64,000 bases of DNA from Myxococcaceae bacterium (GTDB lineage: Bacteria > Myxococcota > Myxococcia > Myxococcales > UBA5297), in the NCBI GenBank assembly GCA_017500825.1, contig JAFVYB010000081.1, positions 9,448 to 73,447 on the forward strand. Direction: 5' to 3'. Made by a program: the position numbers and the translations under genes. The notes beneath the pieces are model-generated. The model was given only the letters and a program-made list of their open reading frames with translations, searched no databases and had not been told where the DNA came from. Shown here piece by piece: positions 44,699-54,609 of this stretch (its first letter is position 1; each line of letters starts with the position of its first letter).

Positions 44699-45538
44699 CT
44701 ATCCCTTCACCGGTTCGACCGCGCCGAGGCAGGCCAGAAACTCCGGAGAGTTTCGGATCGACTCGAACATCGGATCGTCGCGCAGCCAGGAGAGCACTTT
44801 GCCCGCGTCGAGTTTGAGGGCGTCCTTGAGGGCGGCGATGGACGACTCGGGCTTGTTCCACAGGGCGTAGAGCGCGGCCAGGTTGTAGGGGATGAGCACC
44901 TCTTCCTGATTGAGCTCCTGGGCCCGCTGATAGGCGCGCTCGGCCTCGGCGTAGAAACCCTTCTGCGCGTAGCAGATGCCCAGATTGAGGTGGCCCTCGA
45001 ACTCCTCGGGGTCGGCGCGGATGACTTCTTTGAGCTGGTTGATGGCCTCGCGCAGCTCGTCGTCGTCCATGTGCAGATCGGCGAGTTCCAGGCGCGCGAA
45101 GGTGTCGTTCGGTTCGAGCTCGATCGCCGTCTTGAGCGCCTGTTTGGCCTCGTCGACCTTGCCCAGCTCGGCGTAGGTGATGCCGAGATTGACGTGGGCG
45201 TCGCGGTAGTCGGGCTCCTGCTCGATGGCGAGGCGATACTCGCTGACCGCCATGTCGAGCGCGTGCGACGAGAGGAAGCAGGCCAGGTTGTAGTGGGCCA
45301 TGGCGCTGTCCGGCTCGATGTCGAGCGCCGTCAGGTATTCGGCCAGCGCTTCGCGAAACCGCCCCTTCTCCGCGTGGACCGTCGCCAGGTTGTCGTGGGC
45401 GTGAGCGCTGTTCGGATCGAGCTCAATCGCCTTGCGAAACTCGTTGGCCGCCTCGTCGAGCCACCCCCGATCGGCCAGCTCGATGCCGCGCGCGTTGTGC
45501 AGATCCGACTGGATCAGAGGGTCTTTCTTGTCTGCCAT
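44699..45538 (-). CDS. TPR protein
   Basis: Consecutive canonical TPRs (AHYNLA, AHVNLG, GHLNLG). Confidence 0.88.
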   Translation of the reverse strand: MADKKDPLIQSDLHNARGIELADRGWLDEAANEFRKAIELDPNSAHAHDNLATVHAEKGRFREALAEYLTALDIEPDSAMAHYNLACFLSSHALDMAVSEYRLAIEQEPDYRDAHVNLGITYAELGKVDEAKQALKTAIELEPNDTFARLELADLHMDDDELREAINQLKEVIRADPEEFEGHLNLGICYAQKGFYAEAERAYQRAQELNQEEVLIPYNLAALYALWNKPESSIAALKDALKLDAGKVLSWLRDDPMFESIRNSPEFLACLGAVEPVKG

Positions 45539-45858
45539 GTCGTCGAAAACCTCTGTGGTGAGAGCTGTCCTGTGCCGCCCTTGTCGCCAGCGCCACAGTG
45601 ACCGCCCACACCGCCTGAACGCAGCCCCCGCCCGCCGGGAGCGCTCCAACTCAGGGACAGCGCCCACACCGCGCCAAATTCCCGCTCCCCGGGCCGTCGC
45701 CAAAAGGCCGCGCTGCCTACTTTTCCGATCCGCCTTTTGCAAAGGCATGAAAGCGCCGCGTTTGGGCCAGCCAGGCCGGTCTTCTTCCCTCAAACATCGG
45801 CTGTCCGAGGCAGATCTCGCCGCCAGTGCCGCGTCAGCGCGTCGCCTGCTCCACAGAG

Positions 45859-46362
45859 TCAGCGCATCGCCTTCTTGGATGAACGATGGGGCAAAGAGCG
45901 CCGCTTGGACCTCGCCTTGGGAACCGGCGCGGGGACATGCCGCTCGAATTCAGTCGCGTCGCCTGCCTGGGCAAAGGGGTCGTCGCCCGCGGTTTCGGCC
46001 TTGTCCCGGCTCGCTGGTTTGACGCCCGCGCGCGCCACGGTCTTGGTCTTGCCCGCTTTGGCGCCATCGGAAGGCAGCGCGATGCGCGGTTCGTCGGCGT
46101 CAGCTCGATAGAGGAGGAAGGTCCTGCCCAACACTTGAGCGAGCTCGGCCCGCGTGGCTTCGGCCAGGGCGTCGGCCGCCTCGCGGCGATCCATGGGCGC
46201 GCTCTCTCCCACGCGAATTTTGATGAGTTCGTGATCGCTCAGCGCCTGCTCCACAGCCGCCAGAAACGCCTCGGAAAGCCCCTCCTTGCCCACCTGCAGA
46301 ACGGGGTCGAGGTGGTGGCCGAGCCCCCGCAAAAAGCGCCGATCTTTTCCTGAAAGTGCCAT
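45859..46362 (-). CDS. yhbY: YhbY/CRM-domain RNA-binding protein with a C-terminal extension
   Basis: LRGLGHHLDPVLQVGKEGL, HELIKIR, QVLGRTFLLYR. Confidence 0.9.
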   Translation of the reverse strand: MALSGKDRRFLRGLGHHLDPVLQVGKEGLSEAFLAAVEQALSDHELIKIRVGESAPMDRREAADALAEATRAELAQVLGRTFLLYRADADEPRIALPSDGAKAGKTKTVARAGVKPASRDKAETAGDDPFAQAGDATEFERHVPAPVPKARSKRRSLPHRSSKKAMR

Positions 46363-46655
46363 CGCTCTGACTGCTCCTGAAGTCTGAAAATCGCCTAAGT
46401 TATTGAAATTATTGAGCTTTTTCCCGAGTCCTGAGAAAAGGGCGCGCTCTGTAGCACAGCGGCCTGGCAATGCCATGCAAAATGACGCGACGGCGCGCGT
46501 CGGGACGGCCAGTGGTTTCCGGCGACAAATCCGGGCGCCAGAGCTGGTCGACAGATCCGCCGCTCAACCGCGGTCGCCGGAGGCCTCAGTCGCGCGTGTG
46601 TCCAGGGGAGAAGGCGCTGCCGGCGCTCGATAAGCCTCTGGCCGGGATGGATTTG

Positions 46656-47213
46656 TCAGCCCCCATCGCGCCGCGCCCATTCGAGCGCGAGCTCCAGGGC
46701 CAGCAAAGCCGCGCAAAGTCGCACCTCGCCGCGTTCACCCTCGATGTGTCGGCGAAAAACGCGCGCTTCAGCGCTGTCGGCGATGGCCAGATAGACCGTT
46801 CCCACCGGGTCGTCCGCAGTGCCGCCCGAGGGACCTGCCCAGCCCGTGATGGCAACGCCGAGATCCGCGCCCGAACGCTCGCGCACCGCTCGGGCCAGGG
46901 CTTCTGTCACCGGCGCCGAGACAGGCCCAAATCGCGCCACGAAATCCGGGTCGAGGCCGCACAGATCGCTCTTGGCCCGCGTCTGGTAGACGACCGCCGA
47001 GGAGACGAACGCCGCGCTCGCGCCTGAGACTTCGGTGAGGAGGGCCGCGCAGAGGCCGCCGGTACACGACTCGGCGAGCGCCACGGTCTTGTTCGCGCCA
47101 CAGAGGGCGGCGATGGCCTCTGCCGGAAGATTTTGACGGCGGGCGAGAAGAAAACGCCGCTCTTCATGGCCCAATGGCCCGTCCAACGCGCCAGCGGTGT
47201 CGATGGGCTTCAA
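46656..47213 (-). CDS. pncC: Nicotinamide mononucleotide deamidase (CinA C-terminal/PncC)
   Basis: AESCTGG, SGAS, GPVS, ITGWAGPSGG, PVGTVY; TTG start after GGAGGAGG (start inferred). Confidence 0.85.
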   Translation of the reverse strand: MKPIDTAGALDGPLGHEERRFLLARRQNLPAEAIAALCGANKTVALAESCTGGLCAALLTEVSGASAAFVSSAVVYQTRAKSDLCGLDPDFVARFGPVSAPVTEALARAVRERSGADLGVAITGWAGPSGGTADDPVGTVYLAIADSAEARVFRRHIEGERGEVRLCAALLALELALEWARRDGG

Positions 47214-47298
47214 GACAGCCTCCTCCCCAGTGTCCGAGCGAGCCTTGCAAGCTGCGCACGGAAGTGACGGCGCGCCGCCACTCTCCCGTTTGGGCAAC

Positions 47299-47333
47299 AA
47301 AAAACCGGAACCCACGCTGAAGCGAGTCCCGGT
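47299..47333 (-). terminator. Terminator downstream of tRNA-Val
   Basis: accgggact...ggttccggt then T-run on the minus strand. Confidence 0.65.
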
Positions 47334-47338
47334 CTGAA

Positions 47339-47413
47339 TGGTGGGCGATGCTGGGTTCGAACCAGCGACCCCTGCCGTGTGAAGGCAGTGCTCTACCGCT
47401 GAGCTAATCGCCC
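47339..47413 (-). tRNA. tRNA-Val (anticodon CAC)
   Basis: GGGCGATTAGCTCAGCGGTAGAGCACTGCCTTCACACGGCAGGGGTCGCTGGTTCGAACCCAGCATCGCCCACCA. Confidence 0.97.
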
Positions 47414-47437
47414 AAAGCCGCCGAAAAACGGCGCGGC

Positions 47438-47466
47438 CCTCTGCCTATCTGCTCTCGCTTTGTCAA
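47438..47466 (-). promoter_or_regulatory. Putative sigma70 promoter of tRNA-Val
   Basis: TTGACA-17 bp-CAGAGG followed by GCCGCG. Confidence 0.5.
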
Positions 47467-47497
47467 GCGCAAAACGAGCGGTCTGACATGGCGGCGA

Positions 47498-48208
47498 TCA
47501 CTCGTCGATCAGCTCGGTCCGGTCTTCCGAAAGCGCCTCTGTCGGGGCGGTCTGAGGCGGCTCGATGGGGATGCCGGCGGAGAGCTCCGCGCCCATCGGA
47601 TCGGTGAGGCGGAAGAGAAAGTCGTTGAAGGCGTCGAAATAGCCGTCGTGGCTCAGCTCGGCGGGAACGAGGCCGGGAAATTCGGGGATTTCGGTCGAGT
47701 CGAGTTCGAGTGGCGCCTTCCACAAGGTGTCGCCGCCGATGTGGAAGAGGCGGGCGCGGCCTTCGAGGAAGAAGCCCGTCTTGCCGGTCTCGGGGTTGAA
47801 GCGCAGGCCCGAGCGCTCGACGATGACTTCGAGGACGGTGTTGGCGCCCTTTTCCTTGAGCAGCTCGTAGCGGGGGCTCTCGGCGCGATCCTGAACGAGC
47901 AGGAGGTCGAGGACGGTGGACACCTCGACGCTCGGCATGATCGAGGTCCAGGGCTCGACGTTGGGCAGGTGGGCGATGATGGCCGAGCGCAGGCGCTCGT
48001 TCATCTGAAAGGCGTTGAGGCGGCCGCGCAGGCGTTTTTCGTGGGCCGCGTCCTTCTCGGCGAGCGCGAGCTGGGGGTCGGTTTCGGCGCGCATCACGAT
48101 GGCGGGGCGCTCGATGGTGCCGAGGACTTCGGGGTTGAGCGACTTGTGGGCGCAGGCGCCGAGCAGCAGGGCGAGCGGGACGATCCAAAGCGTGGCGTTC
48201 TTTGTCAT
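47498..48208 (-). CDS. Hypothetical lipoprotein
   Basis: Lipobox LGAC; GAGAGG RBS. Confidence 0.75.
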   Translation of the reverse strand: MTKNATLWIVPLALLLGACAHKSLNPEVLGTIERPAIVMRAETDPQLALAEKDAAHEKRLRGRLNAFQMNERLRSAIIAHLPNVEPWTSIMPSVEVSTVLDLLLVQDRAESPRYELLKEKGANTVLEVIVERSGLRFNPETGKTGFFLEGRARLFHIGGDTLWKAPLELDSTEIPEFPGLVPAELSHDGYFDAFNDFLFRLTDPMGAELSAGIPIEPPQTAPTEALSEDRTELIDE

Positions 48209-48289
48209 GTCAGACCTCTCTCTCGTTGGACGCGGTGAGGCGTGCGGGTGAAGGCGCCCCGAAGGGCGGAAGGCGCGGCCGGCGGGCAC

Positions 48290-48880
48290 TCAGCTGGCAA
48301 ACGCGCGGATGAAAAGGGGGCGGAGCGCGGGGCCTGCGCTGAGCAGCTTCTGGTCCAGGTCGACCGAGATGAACTGCTTGAGCGTCACACCGAGGCGCGG
48401 CTTCTCCTGGGACAGGCGCTGGAAGTCGGCGGCGGTGATCTCGATGAGCAGCGTCTCGCTCTCGGCCATGGCGGTGCACAGGTGGTGGGTGGCGTCGTCG
48501 AGGAGCGCCGACTGCCCGAGCAATTCGCCCTCGCCCAGGGCCCCCAGTTTGGCGACGCGGCCGTCTTCGGCCTTCATTGTCAGCTGAACGCGCCCTTCGA
48601 TGACGAGGTAGAGCGCCTCGGAGGGGGCGCCCTCGTCGAAGAGAATCTGGCCGACGCGCAGGAATTTGCGGCGCGCGATGTCGCAGATGAGCTCCAGCCC
48701 GCTGACGGGAAAGTCTTTGAGGACAGGGGCCTTCTGCAGGTGGGTGGGCGTGACGCGGAGCGCGGGGTTGGACTGGCTCGACAGGCTCGGCTGCTGCGGC
48801 CGAAGCGGCATGTTCGTCTGGCTCGACAGTCTCGGTTGCGGCGGCCGAAGCGGCGAGTTCGGCTGTGTCGGTTTGCTCAT
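48290..48880 (-). CDS. Cyclic nucleotide-binding domain protein (no HTH)
   Basis: LFDEGAPSEALYLVIEGRV, GELLGQSALL, TAMA. Confidence 0.85.
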   Translation of the reverse strand: MSKPTQPNSPLRPPQPRLSSQTNMPLRPQQPSLSSQSNPALRVTPTHLQKAPVLKDFPVSGLELICDIARRKFLRVGQILFDEGAPSEALYLVIEGRVQLTMKAEDGRVAKLGALGEGELLGQSALLDDATHHLCTAMAESETLLIEITAADFQRLSQEKPRLGVTLKQFISVDLDQKLLSAGPALRPLFIRAFAS

Positions 48881-48935
48881 GGCGTTCTCTTGGGAAAGGC
48901 GCGCGTCGGCGCGGGGATTCTTCTCGCGGGCGATC

Positions 48936-49490
48936 TCAGACCAGTGGATCGCGCTTGGCAAATTCCATGGCGCGGGCGGCGGCCTCTCGATGGCCTGCCT
49001 GGTAGCGCAGGTAGTTGGCGGCGTTGTCGAGGAGCGCCTGGACTTCTTCGTCGGAGAGCGTTCGCAGGACGCGGCCGGGCGTACCCATGACCAGGCTGCG
49101 CGGCGGGACGACTGTCCTCGGCGTGACGACCGTTCCGGCGGCGACGAGCGACCCGCTGCCGATGATTGCGCCGTCGAGGACAATGGCGCCGATGCCGATG
49201 AGCGAGCCGTCGCCAATGGCGCAGCCGTGCAGGTTGGCGCCGTGGCCAATGGAGACGCGCGCGCCGACGACGAGCGGGTGGGTGTCGTGGGTGACGTGGA
49301 GGCAGGCGAGGTCCTGGACGTTGGTCTCCTCGCCGATGCGGATGAAGTTCACGTCGCCGCGAATCACGGCGTTGCACCAGACGCTGGAGCGAGGACCGAT
49401 CGTCACCTCGCCGATGATCTGGGCGCTCTCGTCGACATAGGCGTCCGCCGCGACGCTGGGGAATTTGCCGAGGTAACCGCGCAGGGCCAT
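48936..49490 (-). CDS. Gamma-class carbonic anhydrase family protein (YrdA-like)
   Basis: IRGDVNFIRIG, NVQD, LH, IGHGANLHGC hexapeptide repeats. Confidence 0.92.
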   Translation of the reverse strand: MALRGYLGKFPSVAADAYVDESAQIIGEVTIGPRSSVWCNAVIRGDVNFIRIGEETNVQDLACLHVTHDTHPLVVGARVSIGHGANLHGCAIGDGSLIGIGAIVLDGAIIGSGSLVAAGTVVTPRTVVPPRSLVMGTPGRVLRTLSDEEVQALLDNAANYLRYQAGHREAAARAMEFAKRDPLV

Positions 49491-49564
49491 GGCTGTGACT
49501 CCTGAATCGATGGGGACGCCCCCGAGAGCGCGAGAGCGGTTGTCGCGCGCCAGCCAGGGATGGT

Positions 49565-49990
49565 TCAGGCCCCGACCCGGGAGAGGACGCCGCCGCGCCC
49601 GAGGAAAATTCGCGCGCAGGTGGCGCCGATGGTGACGCCGCAGAGGTCGGCCAGAAGGTCGCCCGCGCTCGCGTCACGCGATGGAACCGTCGCCTGGTAG
49701 AGCTCGTCGGCAAGGCCGCAGAGTCCGCCGAGGGCGATCATGACGGGCAGCGCGCGCCTGAGTTCGAGGCCGTTTCCCTTGAGAAAAAGCGCCCTGAGCC
49801 CCAGCGCGCCGAGGCCGGCGTATTCGAGGAGGTGCGCGAGCTTGTCGGCGTTGGGAATGGCCATCCACGAGGCGGGGGGCGACAGCCGCGACTGGGAGAG
49901 CGACGAGAGCGCGAAGATCATCGCGATGTAGAGCGCCACTGGTCCGACCTGACCCGCGATGAGCCCAGCCGACAGACCGCGCTTGTTCAT
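49565..49990 (-). CDS. VanZ family membrane protein
   Basis: DKLAHLLEY, DELYQATVPSR, DLLAD. Confidence 0.88.
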   Translation of the reverse strand: MNKRGLSAGLIAGQVGPVALYIAMIFALSSLSQSRLSPPASWMAIPNADKLAHLLEYAGLGALGLRALFLKGNGLELRRALPVMIALGGLCGLADELYQATVPSRDASAGDLLADLCGVTIGATCARIFLGRGGVLSRVGA

Positions 49991-51384
49991 GTGCCGTGAC
50001 CTCTCTGGGCGCCGAAGAGGGCGTTGGCCGAGGCCGAGGTGATCTCGACCGGCACGATCTCGCCGACGCGCGCGCTTCCCTCGAAGTTGACCGTCCTGCT
50101 TTCCGGCGTGCGGCCAAAGAGCCTGTCGCCACGCGTCTTGGAAACGCCCTCGACCAGGACCTCGACGGCCTGCCCCACCTTGGCCTCGGCGTAGGCGAGC
50201 GAGATGTCGCGCGCCACGGCCTGCAGCTTCTCCAATCTGCGCACCTTTTCCTCGTGCGGCACCCGGCCCCATTCCTCCTCGTGCAGCGCGGCGCTCGTGC
50301 CTTCGCGTGGCGAGAAGACGAACGAGTAGATGTTCTCGTAACGGACCTCGCGACAGAGGGCGATCGTCTCCTCGAACTCGTCTGCGGTCTCGCCTGGAAA
50401 GCCGGCGATGATGTCGGTCGTCAGGGCGATGCCGGGGCGTGCCGCGCGCAGTTTGGCGACGCGCGAGAGGTAGTCGGCCACGGTGTAACCGCGCCTCATT
50501 TTGGCCAGCACGCGATCGCAGCCCGACTGCACCGGCAGGTGGAAGCTCGGCATCAGCTTGGGGAGATCGGCAAAGGCCTGGACGAGGTCGTCGCCGAGGT
50601 CGTGCGGGTTGCTCGTGGTGAAGCGGACGCGCGCGATGCCATCCACTTCGCAGACAGCGCCGAGCAGCGCGGCAAAGGAGCAGCCGCCATCGTAGGAATT
50701 GACGTTCTGGCCGATGAGAACCACCTCGCGCACGCCGGCATCGGCCATGGCGCGCACCTCGGAGAGAACTTCGGCCACTGGACGGCTCAACTCCCGGCCC
50801 CGCGTCCGCGGCACGACGCAGTAGGCGCAGCCGTTGTTGCAGCCCTTCATCACTGTCACGAGCGCGCTGGCCCGACCGCGCACTGTCTCGGGGTCGGCGC
50901 CGGGAAAGGCGTAGCTGTGGCGATCGGTGAAAGAGGTGTCGCAGAGGCGCTCGCCGTCAAAGGCGCGCCGCACGAGCGCTGGCAGCCGCGGGATGGCATC
51001 AGGGCCGAGCACGAGGTTGAGCCACGGCACCTGTCGCAGGAGCGCGTCCTTCTGGTGTTGGGCCACGCATCCGGCCACGGCCAGGCAGCGACGGCGTCCA
51101 CCGCGCACGGGTTTGAGCCGTCCGAGGAGCGAAATGACCTTGTGCGACGGCTTCTCGCGCACCGCGCAGGTGTTGATGAGGGCGAGGTCTGCCTCTTCGA
51201 GTGAGTCGGCGCGCGTCATCCCGCTTCGCGTCAAGAGCTCGGCCATGCGCTCCGAGTCGTATTCGTTCATCTGGCAGCCAAAGGTCTGGATGCAGAAGGT
51301 GCGGCCGACGAGCGAATCGCGCGCGCTCTCGGCGGGCGTCTCGGCGGTGGCGAAGGGGGGGGCGAAATCGGCAGGTGTCGTCAT
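49987..51384 (-). CDS. miaB: tRNA-2-methylthio-N6-dimethylallyladenosine synthase
   Basis: TFGCQMNEYDSE, NTCAVRE, GCVAQ, GCNNGCAYCVVP, GQNVNSY, HLPVQSG, TRAM domain. Confidence 0.95.
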   Translation of the reverse strand: MTTPADFAPPFATAETPAESARDSLVGRTFCIQTFGCQMNEYDSERMAELLTRSGMTRADSLEEADLALINTCAVREKPSHKVISLLGRLKPVRGGRRRCLAVAGCVAQHQKDALLRQVPWLNLVLGPDAIPRLPALVRRAFDGERLCDTSFTDRHSYAFPGADPETVRGRASALVTVMKGCNNGCAYCVVPRTRGRELSRPVAEVLSEVRAMADAGVREVVLIGQNVNSYDGGCSFAALLGAVCEVDGIARVRFTTSNPHDLGDDLVQAFADLPKLMPSFHLPVQSGCDRVLAKMRRGYTVADYLSRVAKLRAARPGIALTTDIIAGFPGETADEFEETIALCREVRYENIYSFVFSPREGTSAALHEEEWGRVPHEEKVRRLEKLQAVARDISLAYAEAKVGQAVEVLVEGVSKTRGDRLFGRTPESRTVNFEGSARVGEIVPVEITSASANALFGAQRGHGT

Positions 51385-51620
51385 GGGCGGGCCTCGAACA
51401 GGGGAAAGCCCCTCGGCGCAAAAAGGACGCGTCGCGCAAAGTCTCCCCAATGGAGACCCCGGCACGGGTGGATGCGTGTCGTCCGCGACAGAAGGCGGGC
51501 GCCTCGACAGAGAACGGCGTCCGTCATCCCCCGGCCGAGGCGTGGGCGCGGTGGGCGGCGCGGGAAACAGCATTTTCCGACGCGTTGAAAGCGCTTTCGC
51601 GCGCCCGTTGCGTTCCCGTT

Positions 51621-53027
51621 TCAGACGTAAGCGTCGCGCTCGCCGGCGTTCACCCTGTTGATCAGCGCCTGGCTGATGCTTCGCCGCAGGGGGTCCATGG
51701 CCGCGATCTTCTCGGCGATGAGCTGTTCACCGCGCGCGCGCGTCTGAGGCGAGGCGTAGTCGACGAGGTATTCGAGGAAGGTCGACAGGCCGTTGGGATC
51801 GCAGTGGCGCTGAATGTCGCCGGGCCGGGCCAGATCCATGAAGTCCTGCCCTGTGCGCCCCATGCGGTAGCAGCCGGTGCAGAACGAGGGGATGTGCCCC
51901 ATGGCCATCAGGTCGACGACGATCTCCTCCATCGACCGGTGGTCGCCGATGTGGAACTGCGCGGCCTGCTCGTCCTCGCGCTCGGTGTAGCCGCCCGGAT
52001 TGACGCGGCTCATCGCCGAAATCTGCGAGACGCCCAGCTCGATCAGCTCGCGGCGCAGTTCGGCGCTCTCGCGCGTCGAGAGAATGAGGCCGGTGTAGGG
52101 CACGGCGAGGCGGAGGATGGCGACGATCTTGCGGAAGTCGTCGTCGCCAACCGCGTTGGGCGGACTCGAAGCCATCTGCGAACCGCAGGCGGGCTCGATG
52201 CGCGGCATGCTGATGGTGTGCGGCCCGACGCCGAAGCGCGCCTCCAGGTGGTGGATGTGCTGCATCATGGCGAGCAGCTCGAAGCGCCAGTCGGCCAGAC
52301 CAAAGAGGGCGCCGATGCCCACGTCGTCGATGCCAGCGGCCATGGCGCGATCCATCGCCGTCACGCGGAAGTCGTAGTTGCGCTTGGGACCACCGCGATG
52401 GACCTCGGCGTAGACCTTGCGGTCGTAGGTCTCCTGGAAGAGCTGGAAGGTGCCGATGCGCGCCGCCTTGAGCTCGCGGAACTGCTCGACGCTGAGCGGC
52501 GCCACGTTGACGTTGACGCGCCGGATTTCGCCGCCACCGCGCTTCACCGAGTAAATGGCGTCGATCGAGTCGAGCACGTAGTCGATGCCCTCTCCTGGGT
52601 AGCGCTCGCCAGCCACCATCAGCACGCGCTTGTGCCCCTGATCGACGAGCGCCTCGACCTCGCGAATGATTTCGGCGCGGCTCAGGGCGCGGCGTTCGAG
52701 CTCCCGATTGCTCGCGCGGAAGGCGCAGTAGAGGCACTCGTTGTTGCAGAGGTTGGAGATGTAGAGCGGCGCGAAGAGGACGATGCGCGAGCCGTAGATG
52801 CGCTCTTTGACCACTCTCGCGCTCTCGAAGAGCTCGCGGCACAGTTCAGGGTCGCTGATGGTCGAGAGCGCCGCCGCCTCTTCCAGGGAGACGCCCTTGA
52901 GTTCGCGCGCCTTGGCGAGGATGTCGCGCACACGGGCTGGTTCGGCTTGGGCGCCATCCGCCAGCGCCTGGGCAATCTCGTCGTCGCGGATGAACGCGCC
53001 TGTCTGGGCCACATCTGAGTCTGTCAT
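51621..53027 (-). CDS. hydG: [FeFe]-hydrogenase H-cluster radical SAM maturase HydG
   Basis: FAPLYISNLCNNECLYC, RVNVNVA, FQETY, DDVGIGALFGL, GPHTISMPR, and the C-terminal SFCTGC-x22-C auxiliary cluster motif that ThiH lacks. Confidence 0.9.
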   Translation of the reverse strand: MTDSDVAQTGAFIRDDEIAQALADGAQAEPARVRDILAKARELKGVSLEEAAALSTISDPELCRELFESARVVKERIYGSRIVLFAPLYISNLCNNECLYCAFRASNRELERRALSRAEIIREVEALVDQGHKRVLMVAGERYPGEGIDYVLDSIDAIYSVKRGGGEIRRVNVNVAPLSVEQFRELKAARIGTFQLFQETYDRKVYAEVHRGGPKRNYDFRVTAMDRAMAAGIDDVGIGALFGLADWRFELLAMMQHIHHLEARFGVGPHTISMPRIEPACGSQMASSPPNAVGDDDFRKIVAILRLAVPYTGLILSTRESAELRRELIELGVSQISAMSRVNPGGYTEREDEQAAQFHIGDHRSMEEIVVDLMAMGHIPSFCTGCYRMGRTGQDFMDLARPGDIQRHCDPNGLSTFLEYLVDYASPQTRARGEQLIAEKIAAMDPLRRSISQALINRVNAGERDAYV

Positions 53028-53280
53028 CGGCTTTCCGCCTCTTCTCCTGGCCCGGCATCGAAACAGAGCTCGTGGGTCGCCTGCCGGTCACGAACGGCCC
53101 AGGGCGGCAGCGAGGCGTCAGGGCAGACCTTTGGGCGCGACGAGACTCAAAAGCCCCGCGCGACCACGCCCATCTTTGCGCCACTGCCAGAGGAATGAGT
53201 GGGGAGCGGTCGATTCGGATGCGCGCCGCGTTCAGAGGTTGCGTCCTCCCCCGTCGGCGCCAGGCCGCCCGCGTCGACGC

Positions 53281-54528
53281 TCAGCCGCCCGCGTAGAGCG
53301 GAAACTGGGCGCACAGCTCGCCAATCCGTCCCCGCACCTTGCCGCGCACGCCCTCGTCCTCCGGATTTTCGAGGACATCGACGATCCAGCCGCCCACGAG
53401 CGCCATCTCGGCCGGACCAAGGCCGCGCGTCGTCAGCGCCGGTGTGCCGAGGCGGATGCCCGAGGTGACCGTCGGCTTCTCAGGGTCGAACGGGATCATG
53501 TTCTTGTTGACCGTGATGCCCGCCCGCCCGAGCGCGTCCTCCGCCGCCTTGCCACTGATCGACTTGGCGCGCAGGTCGACGAGCACGAGGTGGTTGTCGG
53601 TGCCGCCGGAACAAAGCCTGAGTCCGCGCGCGATAAGCGTCTCGGCGAGCGCCTGGGCGTTGGCGAGCACGCGGCGCTGGTAATCGACGAACGAGCCATC
53701 GAGCGCCTCTTTGAAAGCCACGGCCTTGGCCGCGATCACGTGCTCCAGAGGCCCACCCTGGATGCCGGGGAAGATCTGGCTGTCGTCCTTCCTGGCCAGA
53801 TCCGCCTTGCAGAGGATGAGGCCACCGCGCGGCCCGCGCAGCGTCTTGTGCGTCGTCGAGGTGACGATGTCGGCCAGCGGCACAGGCGAGGGATGCAGAC
53901 CGGCGGCGACGAGTCCGGCGATGTGCGCCATGTCCACCATCAGCGCCGCGCCCACCTCGTCGGCAATCTCGCGGAAGCGGTCGAATTCGATGATCCGTGG
54001 ATAAGCGCTGGCCCCGGCGACGATGACCTGCGGCCTGTGCTCGCGCGCGAGAAAGCGCAGCCGCCCGTAGTCGATGCGCTCCGTCTTTGGGTCGAGCCCG
54101 TAGTGCGTCACCTCGTAGAGCTTGCCCGAAAAGTTGAATCTGGCGCCGTGCGTCAGGTGCCCGCCCGAATTGAGGTCGAGCGAGAGCACGCGCGCGCCCG
54201 GCGTGACGAGCGCCATGTAGGCGGCCATGTTGGCCTGCGAACCGGAGTGCGGCTGGACGTTGGCGTGCTCAGCCCCGAAGAGCTTCTTCACGCGCTCGAT
54301 GGCCAGCGACTCGGCGCGGTCCACCTCTTCGCAGCCGCCGTAGTAGCGTTTGGCCGGGTAGCCCTCGGCGTATTTGTTGGTCAGCGTCGACCCGAGCGCT
54401 TCGAGAACGGCCCTGGAGACGAAATTCTCGCTGGCGATGAGTTCCAGCCCCTCCTCCTGGCGCCGCGTCTCGCGGGCGATGATGTCGAAGATGTCGGGAT
54501 CGATGGCTTGCAGAGCGGTTGGGCGCAT
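53281..54528 (-). CDS. glyA: Serine hydroxymethyltransferase
   Basis: [49 protein letters not shown]. Confidence 0.98.
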   Translation of the reverse strand: MRPTALQAIDPDIFDIIARETRRQEEGLELIASENFVSRAVLEALGSTLTNKYAEGYPAKRYYGGCEEVDRAESLAIERVKKLFGAEHANVQPHSGSQANMAAYMALVTPGARVLSLDLNSGGHLTHGARFNFSGKLYEVTHYGLDPKTERIDYGRLRFLAREHRPQVIVAGASAYPRIIEFDRFREIADEVGAALMVDMAHIAGLVAAGLHPSPVPLADIVTSTTHKTLRGPRGGLILCKADLARKDDSQIFPGIQGGPLEHVIAAKAVAFKEALDGSFVDYQRRVLANAQALAETLIARGLRLCSGGTDNHLVLVDLRAKSISGKAAEDALGRAGITVNKNMIPFDPEKPTVTSGIRLGTPALTTRGLGPAEMALVGGWIVDVLENPEDEGVRGKVRGRIGELCAQFPLYAGG

Positions 54529-54609
54529 GGGGGACCTCGGGAAGGCGCGGGAAGCCGCGCGGTCAGGTGACGGCACTCAAAAGGCGTGGCGGCGGTCGGT
54601 TCGGGCGTC

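Noticed and set aside
51621-53027. ThiH (thiazole biosynthesis)
   Set aside because: The length of 468 aa, the GPHTIS motif and the C-terminal CxxC-x22-C cluster indicate HydG, and there are no thi genes nearby.
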